From the NCBI RefSeq assembly GCF_006345805.1, contig NC_043022.1:992001-1056000 (forward strand): a DNA stretch of 64,000 nt. Direction: 5' to 3'. Shown one piece after another: positions 38,863-51,449 of this stretch. The DNA comes from Octopus sinensis. Lineage: Eukaryota. Position 1 is the stretch's first letter; every line of letters begins with the position of its first letter. The notes beneath the pieces were generated by a model that saw only the letters and a list, made by a program, of their open reading frames with translations, was not told the origin of the DNA and did no database searches. The position numbers and the translations under genes are program-made.

Positions 38863-38958
38863 TGACTACCGAGTAATGTAACATATTGTATAGATAAATT
38901 TCCTCTATTTACATAATATTGAGGTCTCTTTCTTTCTTTTGTTATCTTACCGTTTTAT

Positions 38959-38997
<39 letters not shown>

Positions 38998-39624
38998 TAT
39001 ATATATGTGCATGAATAATATATAGTCTAATGACTAATTCGTTTTTTGTGCTAGGCCACTGATAATAATAATTTATTATTACCCATTTATTATGTTTAAA
39101 TATATATACATATATATATATATGTATATATATATATATGTATATATATAACTATTTGGACTTTGGGTATATGTTTATTTGTATGTCAATTAAAGCACAT
39201 TTGCTGTTTGGGCTATCTGGTGTCATCCACAGTTACTATATTATTTTCACTGGATCTACTTCTGGAAATCCATGGTGTTCGTTGAATTTATAATTGATGA
39301 AAGAAATAGAAGATGGGTTTAATACAAATCTTTATGCAACATGACAATCCTGTCAACCCATTCTTCACCTGTCCCATGGGGGTAGGATATTATGCATCTG
39401 GTTGTGTCGCATCAACCAATGAAGGGTGTGTCTGTTCAGGTGCTTGGTGTAAAAAAACAAGATATCCTACTCAATATACTGAGTTCTCCTTGGCATGTTG
39501 TTCTTGCTAGCTGAGCAACGTGAAATGAATGGTCTTGCTCAAGAACACAGTGTGTCACCCAGTCCAGGAATCAAACCTACAATCTTGCGATCATGAGTCC
39601 AACACCCTCACCACTAAGCCAAAT

Positions 39625-39880
39625 AAAAAAGGTTACCTTCTCAACTCATGTTGACTCATAAGGGACGGTTTCCTGGTTTCATGGCATATATATTTCCTGC
39701 CCAGATGAGACACCGGCCCATCGCAGGATTACAGATTTTTACCAGTTGAGTGGACAGGAGCATTGTGAAATGAAGTGTTTTGCTCAAGAACACAATCTGT
39801 CATCCAATCCAGGAATCGAAACCACAATTTTACAATCATGAGTCCAACACCCTAACCACTAAGCCATGTGACTCCACATC
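39625..39880 (-). mobile_element. SINE family 3 (tRNA-derived); other copies ~29745-29930, 40018-40200, 40360-40655, 43974-44220, 45470-45590
   Basis: A box TGGCTTAGTGGTT, B box GGTTTCGATTCC, shared CTTGAGCAA..CACTTCATTTCAC core. Confidence 0.8.
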
Positions 39881-42325
39881 AGTTGAATGGGACTAACTTT
39901 GACCAGTGGGTTTCCTTGTGATTCATTGCAGGAACACGAAGACAGCAACCCTTTTTTAACAAGAATGGTAACAGGGGACCAATAAATGGATTGTCTTATA
40001 ACAATGTGGGGTGCGTGGAGGTGCATGGCTTAGTGGTTAAAGTGATCATCATGATCATCAGATTGTGGTTTCAATTCCAGGACGAAGCAACATATTGTGT
40101 TCTTGAGCAAGACACTTCATTTCAAACTGCTTCAGTCCCCTCAGCTGGCAAAAATGAGTAATCCTGTATCAGAAAGGGCATCTGGCAGAAGAAAACTCAA
40201 TCCCTAATGTATTCTCATCCGACCCTTAAAAGAATGGAAAAGTAGACTGCTGCTGCTGCTGATGATGATGGTGATGATGATGATGGTGATGATGTTGATG
40301 ATGATGATGGTGATGATGTTGATGGTTGGTTAAAAACTGGCACACCCCATTGGTTACAACAATAAGGGTTCTCAGTTAATCTGATCGAATAGAACAGCCT
40401 GCTTGCGAAATTGATGTGCAAGTGGCTGAGGACTCCACAGTCATGCATACTCTTATTTGCAGGGAGATTCAGCATGACACAGAATGTGACAAGGCTGGCC
40501 CTTTGAAAAACAGCTACCTACGATTCATTTTCGCCAGGTGAGTGAACTGGGGCAATAAATAAGGTGTCTTGCTCAAGGACATAATGTGCTGCTGGGAATT
40601 GAACTCACGGCCTTATGATTGTGAACCAAATACTTTAACCATTGAGCCACACAACTTCATAGTGATTGTTGATAACGATGATGATGATCATGATGATAAT
40701 GATGGTGATGACGATGACGATGAGGGTTGCTTAACATAAGGTACCATGAGTCAATGAAGAAGCCTCTATGAGGTCAGTTACCCTGCAAGAAACAGCAGCC
40801 AAATCTCCCACAAATGTTCTACCACCACCACCACCACCACCACCACCACCATCATCAATACCAACACCAACACCTTAGAAAAGGATGTGTAGTTGGAACA
40901 CAATTAATTAATGTCGACATGCTCCAGGATTTCCTACAGGTGAGAAAGAAACAACACGCTCATGACAACAACAACAACACTGAAATACCAGATATTCATC
41001 AAGGCAAACCGGAATTTTCCCATACAAAATGTAACAAGTGTGATTGCCCCACTTGCCACTGAAGCAAGAAGCCAACACCTTGACCTAGTTTTTACTCTCC
41101 ATTGAAGAAACCATTTCTTCAATAATAACCTTGAGAAAAAGAAAAAAAAACCATCGCTTACTTCTTCCTCTACCTCTGTCCTCCCCCTCCCCCTTTTTTT
41201 CTTCTTTTTGTTCCTTTATTCTTTTACTTGTTTCAGTCATTTGACTGTGGCCATGCTGGAGCACCGCCTTTAGTCGAACAAAAATAATCACCAGGACTTA
41301 TTCTTTGTAAGCCTGGTACTTATTCTATCAGTCTCTTTTGTTGAACAGATACGTTACGGGGGCATAAACACACCAACATCGGTTGTTAAGCAATTGTGGG
41401 GGAGACAGACACAGACACACAATCATATACATACACATATTTATCGGTAAAGGCATGAATCGCCAGGTAAAATGCTTAGTGGTATTTCATCTTTCTTCCT
41501 GTTCTGAGTACAAAAGAGACCGATAGAATAAGTACTGGGCTTACAAAGAATAAGTCCAGGGGTCGATTTGTTCAACTAAAGGCGGTGCTCTAGCATGGCC
41601 ACAGTTAAAATGACTGAAACAAGTAAAATAATATATATGACAGGCTTCTTTCAGTTTCCGTCAACCAAATCCACTCAAGGCTTTGGTTGGCCTGAGGCCA
41701 TAGTAGATGAGACTCACCCAAGGTACCACGTAGTGGGACTGAACCCTGAACCACGTGGTCGGGAAGCGAGCTTGTTACCACACAGCCATGCTTGCACCTA
41801 CTCTTTGTTGACGAACATTAAAGTATAGGGATTTTGGAGGTGTGCTTGTTGAGCAAGTGATTTCACCTGAGATGGTGTGTTGGAAACGAAGAAAAATATT
41901 ATAGTGTCAAAGATACATATTAGTTTCAAATTTCGACACAAGGTAAGCGGTTTTGGTGGAAGGGGGCAGGGGGGAAACCCAGTTGCACCAACTTCTCTCT
42001 CTACCTAACCCCCCCCCCAGCCCATGAAGTGTTCAACTGGTACTCATTCTGTCCACCCCGTAAGGATGAAAAGCAAAATCAATAAAAAAGCAATATACAT
42101 ATATATATAATGTGTGTGTATGTGTGTATCTATCTATCTACATATATATCCACACAGACACACACACACACAATAGGCTTCTTTCAGTTTCTGTTTACCA
42201 AATCCACTCACAAGGCTCTGATTGGCTCAGGGCTATAATAGAATATATTTGTCTGAGGTGCCATGCAGTGGGACTAAAACCGAAACCAGAATCGCAAAGC
42301 CACACCTGAGCCTATAAAACATGTT

Positions 42326-42445
42326 ATGCTTACCTCACCTAGATACCCCCAAGTTGTCACCCATTCAAGTACCACCTAGGCTCAACGTAGCTTAACTTTG
42401 ACGACTGAATGGGAACCAATGCATTGAACATGATATATGGCTGGC
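42326..42445 (-). pseudogene. 5S rRNA pseudogene
   Basis: Reverse strand GCCATA...AAAGTTAAGCTACGTTGAGCC...GTACTTGAATGGGTGAC..TTGGG..TA aligns over ~120 nt to the eukaryotic 5S consensus with many substitutions; a T4 run follows. Confidence 0.85.
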
Positions 42446-42499
42446 AAATAGTTGACACGTGACCTCAATAAATTTATATAAAATATTTTTTATAAACAA

Positions 42500-42775
42500 A
42501 CTTAGAGGTGGTATGGGCATGTGTTTAAGGGGGGATGAAGAGCATGTTCTGAAGAGGATGACTGCATTTGAGGTAAATGGAGTGTGAAAGCGAGGTAGAC
42601 CGAGGGAAAGGTGGAGGAGGTGATTGGAAGGGTTGGTTTGAAAAAGGAGGCCTTCCAAAACCAGGCAAGATGGTGAGATGGTGTAAGGGCAGTTGCTATG
42701 GCAATGAGGTAGATCCAGCCACCCCAGTTAACGGGGACAAAACCTGGATTTAAAACAATGGATGAAAAAATAAAG
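42500..42775 (+). pseudogene. RTE LINE 3' fragment
   Basis: LRWYGHVFKGDEEHVLKRM...KRGRPRERW. Confidence 0.8.
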
Positions 42776-43019
42776 AAAGAAAAGAAATGTTGAGTGAACT
42801 GGTATTCCAAAAGCTATTAATTAACATTATAACAGATGATGTCTGTTGTCAGGGATCTCTTAGCTTAATGATACAAAGTGGTCAGCCCAAATTTGTAAGG
42901 TACATGGTTCAATTCTCTGTTGCAACTTGCTGGTCAATTTTTTTTCCCATCTTCTAAGGTTATTCAGCCAATCTTCTAAGTTGTTTTCGCAGCCATTCTG
43001 CATTCAAAATTTACTCTTT

Positions 43020-43395
43020 CATTTGTTTCAGTTATTTGACTGTAGCCATGCTGGAGCACTACTTTTAGTCGAACAAATCAATCCCCAGGACTTATTCTTT
43101 GTAAGCCTAGTACTTATTCTATCGGTCTCTTTTGCCAAATCACCAAGTTACAGGGATGTAAACACACCAACATCGGTTGTCAAGTGATGGTGGGAGGACG
43201 AACACAGACACATAAATACACATGCACACACACACACGACAGGCTTCTTTCAGTTTCCGTCTACCAAATCCACTCACAAGGCTTTGGTTGGCTCAAGGCT
43301 ATAGTAGAAGACACTTGCCCAAGGTGCCACGCAGTGGGGCTGAACTCAGAACCTGAAGCTGGGAAGCAAGCTTCTTACCACACAACCATGCCTGT
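43020..43395 (-). mobile_element. SINE family 1 copy
   Basis: Reverse match to the family consensus seen in the window. Confidence 0.88.
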
Positions 43396-43678
43396 AAAAT
43401 ATATAAAATATATTTGTTTGGAATAGTCATGAGCAACCTTTTTCAAGAAGAGGGGCCGCATGAAGCATAGCTCCTCATCAGGTGGGCCACACTATTTAAA
43501 AATATTGAAGGGACTTTTTCATTTGATTTGCCATTTAAAAAGTTGGAAGCTGAAAGAAGTAAGAGACTGAAATCTGTAATTTGCTGATAAATTACATTTT
43601 ACAAATTGTGACATATTTGAACCACTCAGGGGAGCCCAACAAGGGACAAAGGACTGTTTCTTTTATTTTATTAGTATT

Positions 43679-43907
43679 AGTAAACCAGTGATTACCGCCC
43701 GTTGACAAGAGGCAATTACCTCGAAACCGCAGTCCGGTGCGTTTCACTTAGGCTTACGAGAAAGGGATGGCCTCCCTTTGCAAATACCATAAGGGCACGG
43801 ATAGTGTGCCTAAAGCCAGCTGGAGACGACGATCTCCTGGGGCTAAAAGCTACAGTAACACCCACCCTTTGTGGTTAGCCATATTGAGATGGCTAGTATA
43901 CTTTACG
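43679..43907 (+). mobile_element. 229-bp structured insertion headed by a hammerhead-like motif, 11-bp TSD (family F4, retrozyme-like)
   Basis: TTATTAGTATT at 43668-43678 and 43908-43918; CpG-rich; at least five hairpins. Confidence 0.75.
43686..43748 (+). ncRNA. type I hammerhead-like motif with U3:A8 core and GUC cleavage triplet
   Basis: Core TTGACAA 43702-43708, stem II GAGG/CCTC, GAAA 43723-43726, stem III AC-CGCA-GT, C17 at 43734, stem I CCG/CGG extended by AGTGA/TCACT. Confidence 0.75.
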
Positions 43908-44399
43908 TTATTAGTATTCCATTTCACATAAATATCCAGTAATGTCTGTGTGAGTGGCTGACTGTTCCAGTGTGGAGGTGCATGGCTTAGTGGTTGGGGC
44001 ATTGCATTTGTGATTGTAAGATTGTGGTTTCGATTCCTGGACTGGGTGATGCATTGTGTTCTTGAGCAAGTTACTTCATTTCATATTGCTCTCTTCCACT
44101 CAGCTGGCAAATCTGAGGAATCCTGCGATGGACTGGTGTCCCATCCAGGTGGGGATTATATGTCATGAAACCAGGAAAGCAGCCCTTGGGAGTCGACGTG
44201 ACTCCCTTTTACTTTACTGACTGCCCCAGTGCCTCACCTTTGCTATAGCTTGTGGTAATGCTGCAAGTTATGAGAATAGAAGGGGTTTAAAGTCCCATCA
44301 GTTTGCTCAAAACGTTTCCCACTGGTTCACATGTGACAACTGGATTTCCCAAAAGCACGAGTGAAGGTACAGTGTGATCGCATCAAAGCATACAGGACA

Positions 44400-44745
44400 G
44401 GCGTGGACAACATTTCCTGAGAAGTGGGTCACATGAGATATGAGTCATCATCAACCAGGAGAATTCATCTACGAAGCAATTGCCCCAGCTCCCCTTCAGG
44501 ATTGGCAAAAGTGATGTGGTGGACAACGAAAAACCTGACTGATGACAGTCAAGGCTGATCTGGAACCCAACCTAGCCCCCCATATCTACGGCGTTTGCCA
44601 CTGGAATAAGGAGTGGTTGGAGATCACACAGTCGTTAGCCTCAAATCGCCAGGCCTGGTCTGCGTTTGTGAGAGACGCAGCATTGAGGATGAATGAAGCC
44701 AGCTCAACCCACCCCGGGTGAATGCTGTCTAAGAAGAAGAAGAAG
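44400..44745 (+). pseudogene. RTE-clade LINE 3' end
   Basis: GHM...WQK*CGGQRKT*LMTVKADLE...LASNRQAWSAFVRD; (AAG)n tail. Confidence 0.8.
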
Positions 44746-45238
44746 GCTGCACTACTAGTAGGTTGTTCCGAAAATAATGGCCAATTTCAGAATCATAATT
44801 TTATTCTGGAAAAATTAACAATAGAAATGTTTTGATTAGTCAAAGTATGAGCCGTGAACATCTCTGCATCTCTGCCATCGATCAGCAAGATTATTTATGC
44901 CTCGTTAATAAAAACTTATTGGCTTTGATGCTAAGAGATCTTTGAAAGCTGATTCCACCTCTGGTTTGGACCTGAAAGTTTTTTCACTTAAAAACGTGTT
45001 TAAATGCTTAAAAAATGGTAGTCATTGACGGTAACTTTTACATTAAGTGGGCCATTCAGAGAGTCCTGTAGGCTGCAGGTTTGTCCATGAATGATTGACT
45101 GATTCACACACACACACACTCACACACAGATCTAAAAAAAAGTATCAAAGGTCCTTCCAAGCCATAGGCCCTGATATATGTATAGAACCAAATGAAGGGC
45201 AGATTTTCAATCTTGGGACCATCTTCATTCCCAAAAAG

Positions 45239-45420
45239 TACGAGAGGGAGTCAGAAAGTAATGCCATTTTGTTTAGGACAGGTATAATTACCAACAGAGG
45301 AACATGTATCATACATCAAAATGAAGCTGGTCCTCTGTGGATCACATCCCTACTTCTCAATATAGTCACCGTTTCTCTCAATAGCAATGTTCCACCTTCG
45401 AATGAGAGCATCTATCCCTG
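45239..45420 (-). mobile_element. mariner 3' end with TIR and TA
   Basis: Minus strand YGAGIDALIRRWNIAIERNGDYIEK*, then ATGGCATTACTTTCTGACTCCCTCTCG-TA. Confidence 0.8.
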
Positions 45421-46228
45421 CCCCGTAATCTGCCACTCCTAGATTCTGTGGCTTAAATATCCCCTGCCTTGGACTAGACATGTGACCACTCACTTCTACC
45501 AGCTGAGTGGATTGGAGCTGGGTGAAATATGAAGTGTCTTGCTCAAGAACACAATTTTACAATCATGGGTTCAACACCCTAACCAGGAGTCCACACTCAC
45601 ACAATACAACCACACACACACATACACATGCACACACACACAATACAACCATACACACACACACACACAGCCACACATATGCACACACACACACACACAC
45701 AAAGCTGTTTCAATGAGTCAGTTTTGATACTTTACTCTCTGACCTCTGCCTATTATTTTATCTTATCTCATCTTTTTGTATTTTTTTTTTGCATCATTAA
45801 AATTATTTTATCTCAACTGGACGATCACTTCTGGCTGATATCGTTTCACTGGTTTCAGCTCAACATATTTATTTGTTTACTCATTTAGTTTACGCCATAT
45901 CTTATCTAACTTCAAAATTAAATAGTTCTTTACCTTGAACATTATCTAAATGGACTGGAATTTGGGCGGCTGATCTACAAATAAAGCTGATACAGGTTTC
46001 TGATAAAAAGAAAAAATGGATATAAAAAAATGCATGACATACAGTACATCATACGAGCTTTTGTCCTCTGATTATGGATTTCAATATTTTCATTCATCAT
46101 CATCATCATCATCATTATTTAGCATCCGTTTTCCATGCTAGCATGGGTTGGATGGTTTGACTTGGAACTGCTAAGCCAGAGAGCTACACCAAGTTCCAGG
46201 CTCCGAGAGTGTAGTGGGTGCTTTTAAA

Positions 46229-46460
46229 TGTGTCACCATCATCGATGCTTCTTATGTGTCACCATCAAGGGTGCCTTTTATGTTTCACCATCAAGGGTGC
46301 CCCTTATGTGTCACCATCACAGGTGCCTTTTATGTGTCACTGTCACGAGCGCCTTTAACTTGTCACTGTCACAGGTGCCTTTCACATGCCACCATCAAGG
46401 GTGCCTTTTATGTGTCGCTATCTCAAGTGCCTTTTATGAGTCAATGTCACAGGTGCCACC
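46229..46460. repeat. degenerate 26-bp minisatellite (~9 units, TGTGTCACCATCAAGGGTGCCTTTTA)
   Basis: Direct inspection; lies inside a family A copy. Confidence 0.85.
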
Positions 46461-47339
46461 AACATTGCAAAATAAAATTCATTTGACCAAAATGAAATTC
46501 ATTTGACCATGTAGTTAGAAAGACAGAGAGAGGAATCTATCTACATATACAGGTGCAGACATGGCTGTGTGGTAACAGGTTTACTTCCTAACCACATGGC
46601 TCCAGGTTCAGTCCCACTGCATGACACCTTGGGCAAGTGTCTTCTACTATAGCCTTGGACCAAGCAAAGCCTTGAGAGTGGATTTGGTAGATTGTTTGCA
46701 GTTGTGCTTGTTTGTTTGTTTGTCTGTGGACAAGATATCTCAAGATCCGCCGGATGGATTTGGATGAAACTTTCAAGGATGTTTAGCCTTATGACTGGCA
46801 CAAACTGCTTAGCTTTTGGGATCGATCCAGTACCAGACGAGGATTCTTGATTATTTGTTATACTTACTTTACATGAAGTATTATGAGATATTCTCATTTT
46901 AAAAATCATCTCTGGCTAATCATTGAGAGGACATTGGTGTTGCCTTGGTAGAGGTTTGCACTCCCTGAGTGCTCTTGTTATTATTAAGATGGTGAGCTGG
47001 TAAAATTATTAACATGCCAGGCAAAAATGCTTAGCGGCATTTCATCTGCCTTTATGTTCTGAGTTCAAATTCTGCCAAGATCAACTTTGCCTTTCATGCT
47101 TTTGGGGTCAATGAAATAAGTATCAGATTTTTTTTTTCAGTGTAGAACTTCCATCATCCCACTACCAAGTTTGCCATCTCCCCTTCCTTTCTAATTCATA
47201 TGTTGTGACAGAGAAATACACAAGAGTATTATTGTAGTAGATTGTAAAATTGCCATTGTTGACTCACAGTATATTTTAGCCTCTCCCCTTTAGTGTATGC
47301 TCTTTCTTTGTTATTTCAGATAACCAGATGACATTGGCA

Positions 47340-47600
47340 TCTCTCTATATATAAACGGCAAAATGTCTGTCTGTGTGTGTGTGTGCATGTCCTTTATACA
47401 AATCCACAATTTTTCAGTTAGAGGGCTCACACTTTCTATGGTCATTCAAAACCGTCCAAGGGTGGTCGTGCACATCTTTACATTTCCCCAGTCACCCTGC
47501 AAAGCGATTAAAAAATCAATAGAGGTGACTTTTTTGTGAATTTTCTATGCAAAACCCAATCAAAATGCCCGAAACTTAATACGCCAATTAATGCCATCTT
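47340..47600 (+). mobile_element. Helitron-like 5' fragment
   Basis: Starts TCTCTCTATATATAAACGG..ATGTCTGTCTGTGTG, typical of non-autonomous Helitron 5' ends. Confidence 0.5.
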
Positions 47601-47685
47601 TTCATTCTCCTGCGTCTTCTCTCTCACATCTGTCTCCCTCTCTTTCTCTCTCATTTGCTCTTTCTTAGGCCTTTCTTTCTTCCCT

Positions 47686-47716
<31 letters not shown>

Positions 47717-49711
47717 TCTCCCTCACTCTGTTGATGACTGGTGTTTTTATGTTTAATCGACCCGGAAAGAACAAAAGCGAAACTCAACCTTGGCAGGACT
47801 TGAACTCAGAATATAAAGGGTTGGAAGAAACACCACTAAGCATTTCTTCTTTGCCAATGCTCTAATGATTCTACCGACGTCTCATGTAGGCACCAAGCAA
47901 GCAATTTTAAGGTGAAAAGCTTCAACGATAGCATTGACTTCAGCACTTAAAGACTGGTCCTTTATTTTATCGACCACAGAGGAATGAAAGACAAAACTGA
48001 CTTTGGCAGCAGTTGAACCTAGAAGACAAACTGCAAAGCAATTTTTTTGCAAAGATTCTAACAATTCTGCTATGTTCTTTCAACTAAAAATTCCAGTCTG
48101 TTGTTAGCTGCTCAATGTACAAAGCTTTTTATTTCCCTCCATTTATTGCCATCAGGCATATACGAACGATATAAAAACTCTTTCTATTTCATAAAGATCA
48201 TTTTCACCATTATATAAGTTATTTATTTATTTATTGGAACAAATCTTTCTTTAAATCTATTCCTGCCATGTTTGGAGGCTAAACATGGTGGAATCTTTGA
48301 AACGAAACTCCAAAGCGAAAAACCCCCTCCTCCCCCACCCCTCTCTCTTTCTTACTCTCTCTCTCTCTCTCTTACTCATTGTTTCATTTGCTCTGTCTTC
48401 TTTTCTTTTTCTTTTTCCTTCTCTTCTCTCATCTTTTCATTCTCCTGCTTCTTCTCTCTCTCTCATTTGCTCTTTCTTAGGCCTTTCTTTCTTCTACTCT
48501 CTCTCTCTGTCTGTCTTCCCTCACTCTCTCTCTTTCCCTTTCTTTCTCCCTCACTCTGTCTTCCTCTTCTCTTCCACTTTGTCTCCTTCTCCTGTAATCT
48601 CTCTCTCTATCCTTCTTTCACACACCTACACTTTCTGAGGATTCTCTCTCTCTCTCTCTCTTTCTCATCTACTTTCTTTCTTTCTTTCTTTCCCCTTTGA
48701 TCTTCTCTCTGTCTCTCTCATCTTTTCATTCTCCTTCCCCTTCTCCCACAAGAAATGTCTCTCTCTTTCTTTCTCATCTACTCTTTCTCCTGCCATCTCT
48801 CTCTCTCCCCTTCTTTCTCAACTTTCTCTCTCCCCATCTCTCCCCTTTCTTTCCCCCTCCCTCTCCCATCACTCACTCACTCTCTCCTCCTCCCCCTTCC
48901 CTCTGTATCCTCTTCCCTTTACCCATTCCTTTTCACTCCTTATTCCTGTCCTATTTTTATCCTCATTCTTTCTTACATCTTTCCTTCCTTCCTTCCTTCT
49001 CCACATTTCTTTCCTTCTTTCAATTTGCTTCATTTCTTTTCCTTAAACATATTTCTCTTTCTTTTCCTCACATTATTTTCTTTCCTTCACTCTGCTTCTT
49101 CTAAAACCATAAGAACCACTCTACTCTACTCAAAAGTATTTTGTAATTCTTCAAATAAACATTAAATTCTTTTTATTATATAACTTGATATAAAAACATT
49201 AATATATATATATATATATATACAGCAGCGGTGCATCAGCATGGCCACAGCTCTGAGCTGTAACTACAGAAAAAAAAAGAAAATGTTTATATATATATAA
49301 CAGAAGCATGATTAAAGGTTACTAACCTCATTCAGGAATAGCAAAATCCTTTCTTTTCCACTCTAGACACAAAGCCCGAAATTCCTGGAAAGGGGGTCAG
49401 TCGATAAGATTGACTTCAGTATGCAATTGGTACTTAATTTATCGACCCTGAAAGGATGAAAAGCAAAGTCAACCTCAGCGGAATTTCAACTCAGAACGTA
49501 AAGACAGATGAAATACAGTTAAGCATTTCGCCTGGTGTGCTAACAAAAACTTTAGAAAAATAAAAAAAGAAATAAGTGGAAACTCCACCGTTGAGCATGT
49601 TAAACCACAAGGCACCAAAAGTGAATGACTCTCCCCAGACACAACAGTATATGCTTCAACACACAAACTCACATAAAGAATCTTGCAAACCAAATCCAAA
49701 AACGAAATATA

Positions 49712-50442
49712 TTGGGTTGTCCGGAAAGTTCGTGCAGATTTTTAAAGGAAAAGAAAAGGTCAATAAATACTTGCCATTACATTTTTAATCAACTAAATAT
49801 GAACCATTTTGTTGCACAATGCATCTCCATGTTTCCTTTACCTTGAAAATACCCTATTCCCAGAACTGAGGTGGTTTCATGGCAAAGAATTCATAAAAGG
49901 TATCTTTTTACATCATCCAAGGAATTGAAATTTTTACCATTAAGACTATTCTGCAGAGACCTGAATAAGTGGAAATCCGAAGGAGCAATATCTGGTGAAT
50001 ATGGAGGGTGGGGTAACACATTCCAGACAAGCTGCAGCAATTTTTGTCTGGTTCCCCAAAGCATCAAGTGCCGAAAATGAACTTTCTTATCTTCCAATTT
50101 AAAGGGTCACAGAATTAACGCAGGTTAGTTAGTTAGTTTTTTGGCTCAAACAGCAAAAAGCAAGGCCATGTAGGGGGACATGGAATTATGTACAGGGTGG
50201 AGTTCATGTAAAGAGTTCAGGCCACTTGTGGTCAAGGGAGACTTTGAACCGAGCGGTCGTCGGCATCTTCCCTATCTCGTCCGGCAGCTTATTCCACGGA
50301 ACCGCAACCCGGACGGAGGGAACATAAATCTGTGCTCTAAATGGAGGTGTAGTCAAATCATATTTTATGGGCTCAACCATGTTCTGAAATAAGTCGAAAG
50401 CTAAGCTACTATAAATCGGCACAAACTTTCCAGACAACCCGA
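49712..50442 (-). mobile_element. internally deleted mariner with both TIRs, TA flanks and a nested LINE fragment
   Basis: TIRs TTGGGTTGTCCGGAAAGTTCGTGCAGATTT / AAATCGGCACAAACTTTCCAGACAACCCGA. ORF 49891-50097 fuses the N-terminal EDKKVHFRHLMLW to TRQKLLQL..VLPHPPYSPDIAPSDFHLFRSLQNSL. Confidence 0.92.
50124..50318 (-). mobile_element. CR1/L2-group LINE 3' fragment nested in the mariner 5' UTR
   Basis: SVRVAVPWNKLPDEIGKMPTTARFKVSLDHKW; (CTAA)n tail. Confidence 0.8.
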
Positions 50443-51153
50443 TATATATGGATATATCTATAGGTGTGTGTCTTTGTGTCTTTGTTTGACCCCCATTACC
50501 ACTTAACAACCACTGCTGGTGTGTTTATATCTCCATAACCTAGCTGTTCAGCAAAAGAGACTGATAAATGAGGCTATAAAAAAATGTCCTGTGTCGATTT
50601 GTTTGACTAAACCCCTTCAAGGCAGTGCTCCAGCGTGGCCACAGTCAAATGACTGAAACAAATGAAAGAATAATAGAATATAAATAATTATGTGCGTACA
50701 TAAACACACACATGTGCATACATACATATACATACAGACACACACATACATTCATGCATACACATACACACACACATACATACACATATATACTCACACA
50801 CATATACAAACATACATACACACATATATACATACAAACATACATACATACATACATACACACACATCATATCAACCAGGTTTTGCTATTTATCTGGAAG
50901 ATATTTAAGGGGTTGCCCCCTAGGTGAATGAACAGGGAGCAGGGTGTGAAGTGTGTCTGTGGTGTCTGGGGCTAGGGGGTTAGGAGAGATGAGTCTGTTG
51001 TTTGGGTGGGTGGGCAGGTATGTGCTGGGTGAGAAGTAGTAGTGTGGGTAGGTGGGATGGGTGGGAGTTCATAAACATATACACAAACACGCAATTGTAA
51101 TATTCATACATACATACATATGCGTATGTGTGTGTGAGTGTGCATATGTGTGT

Positions 51154-51199
<46 letters not shown>

Positions 51200-51449
51200 A
51201 AATCTAAATACATTCTAGAATATCACAGGGAAGCAGAGAAATTTGATATATATGGATGGATGCATGTACACACACACATATGTATGTATGTATGTATGTA
51301 TATGAATGTATGCATGTATCTGTGTATATGTATGTGTATATATATATGTGTATATATCTACATGGTGTGAGTGTATATATATATATATATATTTATGTAT
51401 ATGGTGGCAAAGGAAGGCACAAGTATTGCAAGATGTGGACTGATGTGAC

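Larger units (their letters stand above)
36555..38960 (-). mobile_element. Penelope-like retroelement, Neptune-type, 5'-truncated with an inverted pseudo-LTR (38340-38890 on +)
   Basis: RT motifs QFDIVDFY, FDVSMGSYDGA.ICDLIG and YKDD at ~37850-38330 (frameshifted); Cys linker CSCRNKELCPLNGAC; GIY-YIG (IIYEAT..KKYVGLT..RFNNH). A ~550-bp inverted copy of the 3' end differs at only a few positions. Confidence 0.95.
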
